A stretch of 64,000 nt of DNA from assembly GCA_043228905.1 (NCBI GenBank), contig JBHGNT010000009.1:15500001-15564000 (forward strand), read 5' to 3'. Below, one piece after another: positions 11,001 to 21,300 of this stretch. Source of the stretch: Azolla caroliniana. Its lineage: Eukaryota; Plantae; Polypodiophyta. Numbering within the stretch: position 1 is the first letter of the stretch; every line of letters begins with the position of its first letter. Below the pieces are notes generated by a model, which was not told the DNA's origin, did not search any database, and worked only from the letters and a program-made list of their open reading frames with translations. The position numbers and the translations under genes are program-made.

Positions 11001-11528
11001 CTCGTTGGTGAAGGTGTGTCCTATGCAGGCCCGATCTCGTAAGCTGGGGTCCGATGCAACCCCTTTAATCCGGGATTCACTGCCCTCCGGTAAGGGCGCC
11101 ACAACTGGCCTCACCTTCCGGTCCACCGTCTTGTACTTGGTGCTCACTCGGGCCGTCCGTTCCGACTCGAGCCCTCGACCGAAGTCCGCGATGACTTCGT
11201 ACATTTCTTCGGAACATACCGGTATCGTCCGGTCTTCGTTAAGGTCTTCTTCGACTACCTTCCCCAGCATTTCCAAGGTGTCGTCGAAGGAGACCGCCTC
11301 CACGGCCCCGTTGATTCCTTCGTCAGGGCCGAGAACTCCGCACGCCCGAAGTCTCCCCTCCGTCTTTGTTTTCTCTCGGCCGGTGATGCTGACCATCGTA
11401 CATGCTCCGCTGTCGGAGAAGCAAAATTTCCTACCTATTGTACACGGTTTTATCGTACAGATGTGGGGTTTTTCCGGAGCATCCGGACTGTCGCGGCCCC
11501 ACGCCTTGGCAGTCCTCTCTAAAAATCC
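8040..11528 (-). CDS. pol: pol (RT, RNase H, integrase), probably entered by -1 frameshift; first ATG at 11396
   Basis: RT LPQG...FLDD; RNase H VDTS/KRELWG/ETDC/NAMADMLSR; integrase HHCC, D-D-E and WFGPY; frame stays open upstream past the gag stop; no chromodomain. Confidence 0.93.
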   Translation of the reverse strand, partial: GFLERTAKAWGRDSPDAPEKPHICTIKPCTIGRKFCFSDSGACTMVSITGREKTKTEGRLRACGVLGPDEGINGAVEAVSFDDTLEMLGKVVEEDLNEDRTIPVCSEEMYEVIADFGRGLESERTARVSTKYKTVDRKVRPVVAPLPEGSESRIKGVASDPSLRDRACIGHTFTNETLRELKIGGGGFLLPAEEDRFRRMLGRHGKAFAFSPGEIGCVDPTIVEPMVIFTVPHVPWNLKPIPVPRAHIPKLMGLLKQKVDMGILEPSSAPYSNRWFTVPKKNGSLRFIQDLQPVNRVTIRNAGIGPIIDEFAEAFAGRSIYSVGDLYSGYDQFQLAVESRDITTMRTPLGLVRMCTLPQGGTNSVAHMVNAMNKVLRDCIPDITMPFLDDIPIKGCPVEEKDETVGPDGCRRFVMAHIDDCEKVLQRLEDARLTFSGEKSAFGQSEIMVVGHLCGPYGRKPSPAKVEAISAMKPDCSSVTEVRRFLGACAFYHIWIPHYAHVAEPLYGLLRKGRRFEWLDKHTESVRKLKEALSAAPALRKAVYRKGTPVYITVDTSPTGIGWVVNQEDEDGNRFPIRFGAKVLSERQRGYAQVKRELWGIVSAVKADKDYLIGTEVIIETDCMPILGMVSGCATPDLAMLRWIAYIKSLDPVIRHISGKDNAMADMLSRARFDDEGGMVSEDEEVGVDFFETAYVTTDGTSTPALNDFDASKYDGEWLQIGGFLKTMTPDASWTKDEANRIRKKAYRFFLRDGYLWKHPKKRDGAPLRVVAMKEEQEELLTAYHDSPWAGHRGTWATFEKLKGKYWWPGQYQDVHRFVTTCESCQMHSIVRHRDELHPTYPPAIHFKWMVDLVTMPMGVGQMRYLVLAREDLTNQVEGRALPNKTTAAVCRFLIEDVICRYGCVGKIVADRGELDAEEAAELFDRLGVKLSLTTAYNPEANGKVERGHRPIVKALVRACGGRVGDWPRLLPYALWADRTTHSSVTGYMPTELMFGQKPIMPMERTISSWATVDWRDEMSREELLAARIRQLERRPEDVELAAEKLRVARKKNKARFDRTHRLRPKKIEEGDWVLIYDSSLDNQHRATRKFARRWFGPYVVRSANDNGTYHLAELDGTRVAIPVAGKRIKAFKKRHDDEPDPALLVSSDERSGNEEEPTGEE
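11463..11528 (-). promoter_or_regulatory. putative -1 ribosomal frameshift signal (slippery GGAUUUU plus H-type pseudoknot)
   Basis: G GAT TTT directly before the gag TAG; pol is in the -1 frame; 6-nt spacer, then stems GGACUG/CAGUCC and GUGGGG/CCCCAC. Confidence 0.8.
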
Positions 11529-13645
11529 TCTCGGTTTTCGGAACCGAGGGAATCGCGGTTACGTTCGTGGTTCGGCCGTACCGTCAGAAACTGGACCGAA
11601 TGGCGCCCGTCTTGGCTTTTGACCCTCGCGTAGGCCGAACCGTTGTCCAGCACCTTGGTCTCCATTCGCGCCGCCGTGATGTACGGCTCTCCCAGTATGA
11701 CCGGATGCGAAGACGTCTCCTGCACGAAGAAGTGCTGGTCAATCTCGACGTCGCCGATCTTGACTCGCACATTCGGACAGGCCCCGTGCAGTTCCTCGGT
11801 GGCGCGCGTTGCTGCCCTTATTTTCCACCCGTGCTTGGTGTTGATCGGCCATTTGCCCTTCTTATAGAAGTCCATGGACATCAAATTGATCTCCGATCCA
11901 TGGTCCACCAAAGCTATCGCCGGTTCCTGGACATCGCCGATCTTCACCGGGGTTTCCGTGGTCGCTCGGGCCCAGTGTGGTCTCGAATAGTGGCTTTCCG
12001 CCCACTCGTCTCCCAGCGCCATGTCGTCTAGGTGCATCGTCCGCACTTCCACCGGTCTTTCCGGTTCTGTCTCCGTCGACAGCCTCTTCCGTTTCACCAA
12101 GTCCACGATGGAGTCGTGGAACTCCTTCTTGGCGATTCCCAGCACCTCTCGTAATGACAGCTCCACCTTGCTGTCGAGGATCCGTTCCTCCAGGACCTTT
12201 CGTAAGTCCGTGGTCCTTTCTATCTCCGTCCCCAGACGGTACCCGCCCTTCTGGGGTTTATCTTGCGTACCGGCCCCGCCGGCTTCGTCCCGTCGTGGCC
12301 CGGACCGGGTCTCGTATCGTTGTGAGGGCCCGGTCGTCCCAGGTCTCCCCACCCGCTTCTCTTCTACCAGGGCCTCGTAGTTCTGGCAAGCGGCTTCCAC
12401 GAAGCCCGTCCTTTCCTCGACCGGGTCGCTCCACCCGGTCATCTCCCGTACCCGTTTCTCCGCACGGTCCGATTCCTCCCCTTTAAGCCTTGCACCGGCA
12501 AGGCCTTCCAGCATCGTCAGCCAGAATCCGGCTTTGCTTTCCCTTCGGGCCTCGCCGCCCCCGACTCGAATGCCGGCCGACGCCGAGTAGTGGACGGTTT
12601 CCGCGTGTCGGGCCGCCGCCTCTTCCATCAACCTTTTCATACCACCTTTTCCGTCGTTTCGGCTCAGGGCCCTTCGGGTGTCGCTGGCATGCACCCGTCC
12701 TTCCCACAGGTACACCACCCTGTTCCTCAGCGCCTCCGCGAAGTCGCCGCAGTCCTTCCGAATGTGGCCGACTTCATCGCACCACATGCACCTGTTTCCT
12801 GCCGCCGGCCGTCGGTCACGAGCCGGTTCGCCTCCTTCCCTTCGGGCCTGCGCGATTTGGAGGTCCTTTATCGCCTTCGTCAATTCCTCCAGCGCCGCTC
12901 CTCCGGTTGAGCCTCTGACTACGCCGGTCGAAGCCGAACCGGTTTCCAACCACTCCCGGGTCTCTTCCTTGCGCACCTGTGGCGCTGGTTCGAGCTTCCT
13001 TGCTGCGACCGAGCCCGACCCGGTAGCCCCGTTATCCGCCCATTCTCGCCGTTTGTCGAAACGGCCACAGACCTTCCTGACAGCCGCCCAGTCGGTAGTG
13101 AGCCCGTCTTCGGTTTCCAGCAAGAGGCCCACTTGCCCCCGATCCCGCTCGTCGACCGACTTGACAAACAGCAAGACCCGGCTCGTGTCCAGGATGGTTC
13201 GGTCGAGCGCCGAAAGGCGCGCAAAGTTTTCCTCGAACTCCCGGAGGAGCGCCGACGCGTTTCTTCCCTTTCCCGGGGACTCCACCCATTCCATGAACCT
13301 TCGCTTCGAAAGCCGGAGCGCGTCGTCCAGCCCGTATTTCTCTAGGAGCCGACCTTCGAACTCCTCCCAGGTACGGCTCTCCGTCCGCACCTCGAACACC
13401 TCCGCATGGATGCTCGGCATCGCCACTCGGGGAAATCCGGCAAGACGCCTTTCTTCCGGAATGTCCCGCATCAGCATCTCTGCACCGTAGGACGCCAAAT
13501 ACTTCGTGGCATCCTTCCCATCGAACCGGCCGATCGTGCCGACGACTGCCTCAATAGCTCTGTCGAGGGCACCGGTGCTCTCGCGCGCGTTTACAATCCG
13601 ATCCACGGCCGAAGCCATGGCCTCTGCGAGATCCGACCCCCTCAT
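11519..13645 (-). CDS. gag: gag-protease polyprotein
   Basis: Open ORF with first ATG at 13645; CCHC knuckle CMWCDEVGHIRKDC; aspartic protease-like ALVDHGSEIN...VILGEPY at the C-terminus. Confidence 0.9.
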   Translation of the reverse strand: MRGSDLAEAMASAVDRIVNARESTGALDRAIEAVVGTIGRFDGKDATKYLASYGAEMLMRDIPEERRLAGFPRVAMPSIHAEVFEVRTESRTWEEFEGRLLEKYGLDDALRLSKRRFMEWVESPGKGRNASALLREFEENFARLSALDRTILDTSRVLLFVKSVDERDRGQVGLLLETEDGLTTDWAAVRKVCGRFDKRREWADNGATGSGSVAARKLEPAPQVRKEETREWLETGSASTGVVRGSTGGAALEELTKAIKDLQIAQARREGGEPARDRRPAAGNRCMWCDEVGHIRKDCGDFAEALRNRVVYLWEGRVHASDTRRALSRNDGKGGMKRLMEEAAARHAETVHYSASAGIRVGGGEARRESKAGFWLTMLEGLAGARLKGEESDRAEKRVREMTGWSDPVEERTGFVEAACQNYEALVEEKRVGRPGTTGPSQRYETRSGPRRDEAGGAGTQDKPQKGGYRLGTEIERTTDLRKVLEERILDSKVELSLREVLGIAKKEFHDSIVDLVKRKRLSTETEPERPVEVRTMHLDDMALGDEWAESHYSRPHWARATTETPVKIGDVQEPAIALVDHGSEINLMSMDFYKKGKWPINTKHGWKIRAATRATEELHGACPNVRVKIGDVEIDQHFFVQETSSHPVILGEPYITAARMETKVLDNGSAYARVKSQDGRHSVQFLTVRPNHERNRDSLGSENREDF

Positions 13646-13667
13646 CTTCTGCTCTTCTGCCGCCTCT

Positions 13668-13685
13668 TTCACGTCAGGTTCACCA
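13668..13685 (-). promoter_or_regulatory. primer-binding site for tRNA-Trp
   Basis: TGGTGAACCTGACGTGAA lies 4 nt after the 5' LTR; complementary to the plant cytosolic tRNA-Trp 3' end as recalled (TTCACGTCGGGTTCACCA), with one G-U pair. Confidence 0.8.
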
Positions 13686-13689
13686 AAGA

Positions 13690-14495
13690 TGTCAAGATAT
13701 TAAGCAAGTGCGTGTGGGATCGAGGCGGGACCGCGGGGGTCTCGAACCAAGGAGCAAGCGAGGGAGGAGAAAGAGAGAGTACCGGCTACGCAGGACCGGG
13801 GATACACGGGACACGGCCCTTCAGCACGGAGAACGCGAACAGACACCGACACAGACAGATGCGAATGACTAAATATGTGTATTAACAAAATGGCTAACAC
13901 GACTACAACCCTCGATGGGGCACAGGTTGGTTACAACCGAACAGGCCGGCGAACAGATGCCGATGCCTGTTCGCTTCGACGCACAAACGGGGGGGGGGGG
14001 GGGGGGTAGCAGGTCGGAGGTGCTGCCGGAAGCACTCGGGCGTTCCTCGAAACAGCGCGAGCCTCCTCGGAACCCTGCACAAAAGCTATGGAGCTCAAGA
14101 AGGAAGGAAACAGAGAGAGAGAAGCGTCCAGAAACGGTCCGACAGCACTTCGTCCTCTCCGCCCGAGATCCCTGCAACAGCTCTTTCCTCCTCTTTTTAT
14201 AGCCCGACGAGCAGGCCGTCATGTCAGCTTTATTCCCTGTCCCTTTTGGACAGGGATCCGCTCCGTCCTTCACGCGTCCGCGTAGTTACGCCGCCGACTC
14301 GTACAGTTCCTTCGCTCGCGCGCGCGACCGAAAAGACTGTTCGCGCGGTCTTTGTCTCCACTTGTGTTAGGGCCCGTTCCTGCCGATTATCCTCCTAATT
14401 CGCTTCTATGTACAACTTGGAGCTTGCGCGCGTGAAGAACCGGTTCCCACGCCTAGGTGCGCCGATTCCGCCTATGGACGGTTTTCTTCGCGACA
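13690..14495 (-). repeat. 5' LTR of the Gypsy element (806 bp)
   Basis: See 3' LTR; TATA-like gctataaaaag in element sense near 14194-14204. Confidence 0.97.
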
Positions 14496-14957
14496 ACGTA
14501 CACACACAAACAATAGATAGTACAGAGGATGTTTACGTGGAAAACCCTAATAGGGAAAAAACCATGAGAGCCCACAGACTCAAAACTATCACTATATAAG
14601 AAAGGTACAATCAGAGACTCGGAGGCAACGACCTCGAGCTCTGTCTCTTCGCCAAACGGCGGTTACAGTAGAGTATCACTCTGTACCTCTCTCTCTCAAT
14701 ACAACAATTATGCACATACAACAATATGACAACCCTCACACTTCTGTGATTGCCCTAGGTCATATTTATATTCATATGAACTTAGGGCTCTTTACAAATA
14801 TAGTCTGAATAGGCTTACTCAAAACATATTTACAAATATGTCTTCTCTTCCAGTTCTCACCATGTCCATCCAATCCGGTGTCCGAATCTCTTCCGGTTCC
14901 CACCAGGTCCTCTTCATTGATAACCGGATCCTATTCAGAGGGACCGACTTCCCAACA

Positions 14958-17900
14958 CCAGTGAGCTGCGACACAAGAGATTGTGCCACATGAGCCCGAA
15001 GGGGATAAGAAGACTTGCCGAAGATAACCTCATTTTGGAGGTGAAAGACGTGCATCCTAATAAGTGGACTCATTTCTTGGCCGGCAAGCAAAACCGAACC
15101 TCCTTCCGGTCAAGATCATCGATGAGACGGAATGCACCACTAGAACTAGTGCATACCGATGTGTGTCAAATCGACACGAAGTCACATGCCGGATCGCAGT
15201 ACTTCGTGACGTTCATAGACGACCACAGCCGGAAGTTGTGGGTCTCACCGTTGAAGATGAAGGATTAGGTGATGTCTGCCTTCAAAGAGCTCCACGCGAG
15301 AGTGGAAACAGAAACCAGCTAGAAGCTGAATGCAGTTCGAGCAGATAACGGAGGAGACTACCGGGGGTAATTCGAGGAATACTGCTGATCGAAGGGAATT
15401 CAGCTCAAATTCACCGTGCCGAAGACACCGGAATTGAACAGGTTGGCCGAAGGGATGAACCGGACCATAATGGAGAGAGTCCGAAGCATGCTACCCAAGA
15501 CGTTTTGGGTTGAGGCAATGATGATGGAAACGTACGTGATTAACAGGTCACCCTCGGCACCCTTGGAAGGAGACACACCACAGCGAGTATGGACCAATAA
15601 AGACATGTCTTACCGACATCTGAAGGTGTTCGGGTGTCTTGCATATGTGCATGTTGCAAAGGACAAGAGACCAAATTTGAATACGAAATCACGGCCATGC
15701 ATATTCCTTGGATAGGGCGATGATGAGTTTGGTTATCAAGTGTGGGACCTGGTTGACAAGAAGGTGTTCCGGAGTCAAGATATAGTCTTCATGGAAGACA
15801 TGACTATTGCCGACTAGGAGTCGGAGAAGAAGGTGAAGAACCGGTTTGAGGACACAAGAACCTACCCGATTGAAAACCGAAAGTTAGCCGGTAACAGATT
15901 GATACTCGATGAACCGGCCGGATTTGGACAAGAAACCGAACCGACCAAAGAAGGAGAAGGAGACACCGGAACCAGACAAGACCCCGAATCAGATTCGGAT
16001 GAAGAAAAAACGGAGGAACCGGTAGTTGAAGACCAAAGGCGGAGATACCCTCTTAGGGAGAGAAGAGCCCCTCAGAGATTTCTGGATGCAGAGCACGTAT
16101 TGTTGACCGATGAGGGGGGGCCAAAAAGCTTCGAAGAACCAAAGAAAGACACCCATAGCCGCAAGTGGTTGAGTGCCATGCAAGACGAGATGGATTCCCT
16201 GCATCATAACCACTCATACGAACTAACGGAGTTGCCAAAAGGAAAGAGGGCACTCCGGAACAAGTGGGTGTACAAGCTGAAACCGGGAGACACTAGAAAT
16301 CCACCGATGTACAAGGCCCGGATCGTGGTGAAGGGTTTTTAACAGAAGAAAGGAGTGGATTTTGATGAGATTTTTGCCCCGGTAGTAAAAATGGCATCCA
16401 TCTGGACGGTGTTGACCATAGTGGCAAGCATGGACATCGAGGTAGAGTAACTGGACATGAAGAAGGCATTTCTACATGGCGACCTCGAAGAAGAGATCTA
16501 CATGCAGTAACAGGAAGGATTTGAGAAGAAAGGAAAGGAGCACCTAGTGTGCCGATTGAAGAAGAGCTTATACGGATTGAAGCAAGCTCCCCGACAATGG
16601 TACTGGAAGTTCGACTCCTTCATGATCAACCAAGGGTACCACAAGACGCAAGCCGACCATTGCGTGTTCGTGAAGAAATTTGATGGAGGTGACCTCTTGA
16701 TACTCCTACTGTTTGTAGATGACATGTAGATCATCGGATCGGACCGAACCAAAATCGGAAATCTGAAGAAGGCTTTGAACCAAACCTTCTCAATGAAAGA
16801 TTTGGGTCCGACGAGACAGATACCGGGGATGCATATAATCCGGGACCGGTCGAAGAAATTGTTATGGCTATCATAGGAGAAGTAGTGACAAAGGTGCTTA
16901 AACGGTTCAACATGTCAGATGCAAAACCGGTCGGGTCAACACTTCCGGCAAATTGCAAGTTGTTCGGAAAGCAGAGCCCGAAGACAAAGGCAAAGACGTC
17001 GGATATGATGAAGATACCATATGTCTCTGCCGTCGGAAGCTTAATGTACACGATGGTGTGCACCCGGACGGATATTGCATATGTTGTCGGAGTGGTCATC
17101 CGGTTCATGAGCAATCCGGGAAGAGAACACCAGAACGCAATCAAGTGGATACTCTGGTACTTCAAAGGCACCTCAAGTATGTGCCTCTAGTTCAGCTCAG
17201 GTAAACCCCTACTGGCAGGCTTTACGAATTCAGATATGTCAGCTGATGCGGATACCAACCGGTCCACATCCCGATACGTCATGACATATGCATGGGGAGC
17301 CGTATCGTGGCAATCGAGGCTACAGAAGTTCGTTGCACTGTCAACAACGAAAGTGGAGTACATGGCAGTTGTGGAAGCCAGCAAGGAAGTAATCTGGATC
17401 AAGGACTTCATCGGAGAGTTAGGGATCCGATAGGAGGAATATCGGCTCTACTACGACAGTCAAAGTGCCATCCACCTTGCTAAGAACACGGCCTACCATT
17501 CCCGGACCAAGCACATCCAGAGAAGATATCACTAGCTCCAGGAGAAGGTAGAAGATCAAGACTTCGCGCTGACGAAGATCCACATGTAGGAGAATGGATC
17601 AGATATGCTAACCAAGGTGTTGGCACCCGACAAACTGGACACGTGCTGGAGACGGATCAGACTAACAAGAAATCCCATGCCGGAGTGAAGGGGTAGTTTG
17701 TTGGGAATTCGGTCCCTCCAGAGTAGCCGGATCGGACGAGCCGAAGGAAGGAATTGGACCGGATGCAGCAACCTGACCGAACCAGAAGGTATCCGAATTG
17801 AATCCGGTGTGGGCCAGATCTAGGGACATATCTGCAAATATGTTTCTAGTGTGCTTGTAAAGCCTATGTTTGTAAATAGTCCTAAAGTCATATAAGTATA

Positions 17901-18253
17901 AATATGCTTTAGGGAATTCAATATGGTTGTTGTTGTTGTTAGTTGTATTATAGTTGTACAAAGAGAGACAGACAAACAAACAAACAAACAGAGACAGAGA
18001 CAGAGAGAGAACAGAAGTCGCCAGTTGGCGAAGATATAGAGCACGAGGTCGTTGCCTCAGAGTCTCCTGTTGTACCTCTTTTCTCATATAGTGATAGTTG
18101 GAGTATGTGAACTCCCGTGGTTTTTCCCTATTAGGGTTTTCCACGTAAACATCCTCTGTCGTCTCTTCTTTGTAAGTGTACGAACCTTCATCTCTGTTTT
18201 GTTCTCTCATAATATATTTGAGTCTCAGTTGTGGCCGAGCGCTATTCCGCACA
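14958..18253 (+). mobile_element. Copia family A degenerate INT-RT-RH, PPT and 3' LTR (17699-18253)
   Basis: Tnt1/Tork-like motifs (LVHTDVC, LKKSLYGLKQAPRQW, FVDDM, SWQSRLQK) with many stops; PPT gaaggggtag; TGTTGGG start. Confidence 0.9.
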
Positions 18254-18364
18254 GCCAAATGGTCAAGTCGAGCCAACGAAGGCACCAACCCCTTTGTCAA
18301 TCGATCCTAAAGAAGGGGAGGATGATTCGACAACACCAAAATCCAATTCCAGAGGCAAGTCTAT

Positions 18365-21300
18365 ACAGACTCCAAACTATCACTATATGAGAAAGATACA
18401 ATCAAAGACTCGGAGGCAACGACCTCGAGCTCTGTTTCTTCGCCAAGCGGTGGTTACAACAGAGTATCGCTCTGTATCTCATCTCACTCTCTCTCTGTTA
18501 CTCTCTATACAACAATATGACTACAACTACACACACTCTAAAGTGATTGCCCTAAGTCATATTTATACTTATATGAACTTAGGGGTATTTACAAATATAG
18601 ACTGAATAGGCTTACTCAAAATATATTTACAAATATGTCTCCTCTTTCGGTTCTCACCGGGTCCATCCGATCCAGTTTCCGGATCTCTTTCGGTTCTCAC
18701 CGTGTCCATCCAATCCGGCTTCCGGATCTCTTCATTCATAACCTGATCCCATCCGAAGGGACCGATTTCCCAACAAACTCCCCCTTCACTACAGCATGGG
18801 ATGTCTCATCAGCCCGATCCGCTTTCGACATGCATTCAACCTATCGGTCGTCAACACCTTGGTCAACATATCCGACCCATTCTCCTCCGTGTGGATCTTC
18901 ATCAACACGAACTCTTGATCTTCTACTCTCTCCTGGATCTAGTGGTACGGAGTCGTCCGAGAATGGTAGGCCGCATTCTTTGCAAGGTGGATGGCACTTT
19001 GATTGTCGCAGTAGAGCTCGTATTCCGCATGTTGGATCCCTAGCTCTCCGATGAAGTCCTTCATCCAGATTATCTCCTTGCCAGATTCTACAGCTGCCAT
19101 GTACTCCGCCTTCGTGGTTGACAATGCAACCGTCTTCTGTAGCCTCGACTACCACGAAATAGCTCCCCCTGCATCAGTCATGACATATCTGGATGTACAC
19201 CGACTGGTATCCACATCAGCCAACATATCCGAATACGTGAATCCGTCAAGTTGGGGATTACCGGAGCTGAACCACAAGCACATACTCGTGGTGCCTTTCA
19301 AATACCAGAGTATCCACTTGACTGTGTTCCAGTGCTCTCTTCCGGGATTGCTCATAAAACGGCTTACCACTCCGACTGCATATCCGATATCTAGTTGGGC
19401 ACATACCATCGCATACATCAAGCTTCCGACGACAGAGGCATATGGTATCTTCATCATATCCGTCTTCTCCGCCTTTGTCCTCAGACTTTGTTTTTCGGAT
19501 AGCTTGCAGTTTGTTGGAAGTGTCAACCCGACCAGTTTCACCTCCGACATGTTGAACCGTTGAAGCACCTTTGACAAATACTTCTCCTGTGACAACCACA
19601 ACAGCTTCTTCGACCGGTCCCAAATGATGTGCATTCCTAATATCTATCTTGCCGGACCCAAGACTTTCATTGAGAAGGTCCTATTCAGAGCCTTCTTCAG
19701 CATCCGAATCTTGCCTTGGTCTCGTCCAACGATCAGCATATCATCCACATACAGGAGGAGTATTAGGAAATCTCCTCCGTCAAATTTCTTCACAAACACG
19801 CAATGATCGGCCTGCGTATTGTAGTACCCTTGGTCGGTCATGAAGGAGTCGAACTTTCGGTACCATTGCCAGGGAGCTTGCTTCAGTCCATATAAGCTCT
19901 TCTTCAGCCGGCACACCAGGTGCTCCTTCCCTTTCTTCTCAAATCCTTCCAGTTGATGCATGTAGATCTCCTCTTTGAGGTCACCATGGAGGAATGTCGT
20001 CTTCACGTCCAGTTGCTCTACCTCGAGGTCCATGCTTGTTGTTATCCCTAATACCGTCCGGATAGATGTGATCTTTACTACCGGGGCAAAGATCTCATTG
20101 AAGCCCACTCCTTTCTTCTGTTAGACGCCCTTCACCACGATTCGGGCCTTATACCTTGGTGGATTTCACGCATCTCCCGGTTTCAGCTTGTATACCCACT
20201 TGTTCCGGAGTGCTCTCTTCCCTTTCGGCAACTCCGTCAATTCATATGTGCGGTTCTCATGCAGGGAATCCATCTCATCCTGCATGGCACTCAACCACTT
20301 GCGGTTGTGGGTGTCTCTATTTGCTTCTTCCAAGCTTTCCAGCTCCCCCTCATCGGTTAGCAACACGTGCTCTGCATCCGGAAATCTCCGGGCGGCTCTA
20401 TCTCTGAGAGGATAACTTCATCCTTGGTTTCTGATTGTCGGTTCCTCCATTTGTTCCAAATCCGAATTTGATACGGGATCTTGTCCAGTTCCGGTGTCTT
20501 CTTCTTCTTCTTCGGTCGGTTCGGTTTCTTCTCCGTATACGGCCGGTTCGTCGAGTGTCATCCGGTTACCGGCTAACAACCAGTTTTCAACTGGGTATAT
20601 CCTTGTGTCCTCAAGCCGGTTTTCATTGAATGATCTAGAGTTCATCACCATCTTCTCCGACTCCTAGTCGGCAATGGTCACATCTTCCATAAAGACTATG
20701 TCCTGACTCCAGAACACCTACTTATTGACCAGATCCCACACCCAGTAACAAAACTCATCATCGTCGTATCCAAGGAATAGGCATGGTCTGGACTTCGGAT
20801 CCAGCTTTGCCCTCTTGTTCTTTGCAACATGCACATATGCGAGGCACCCGAACACCTTCAGATGCCGGTAAGGTACATCTTTACCAGTCCATACTTTCTG
20901 TGGTGAGTCTCCTTAGGGTGTTGAGGCTGATTTGTTTATCAAATAGGTTTTCTTCGTCAGCGCCTCAGCCCAAAACGTCTTGGGTAACTTTGCATGTGCT
21001 AGCATGCTCCGGACTCTCTCCATTATGGTCTAGTCCATCCTTTCAACCAGCCCGTTTAGTTCCAGGGTCTTCGGCATGGTGAATTCGAGCCAAATTCCCT
21101 TCGACTGAGAGTACTCTTCGAACTGCCCCTAGTATTCTCCTCCGTTGTCTGCTCAAACCGCCTTCAGCTTCTGGCCAGTTTCTCTTTCCGCTCTCACGTG
21201 GAGTTCCTTGAAGACGGATAGCACCTGATCCTTTGTCTTCAACAATGAGACCCAGAGCTTTCGATTGTGGTCATCTATAAATGTCATGAACTACTATGAT

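Larger units (their letters stand above)
7166..14495 (-). mobile_element. intact, very young Ty3/Gypsy (non-chromovirus) LTR retrotransposon, 7330 bp
   Basis: LTR pair with TGTC...GACA ends; TSD ACGT (7162-7165 and 14496-14499); PBS; purine-rich tract; uninterrupted gag-PR and RT-RH-INT ORFs. Confidence 0.97.
7101..14957 (-). repeat. inverted family A LTR (7101-7165 plus 14496-14957) split by the Gypsy insertion
   Basis: The two halves join into a sequence colinear with the LTR at 22639-23170; ends gggaccgacttcccaaca. Confidence 0.8.

Noticed and set aside
10813-13490. Long plus-strand ORFs (269, 209 and 270 aa) antisense to gag/pol
   Set aside because: Expected shadows of GC-rich coding sequence; no recognisable motifs
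7166-14495. Contamination or misassembly as the cause of the GC-rich block
   Set aside because: Both junctions split one host LTR precisely, with a TSD
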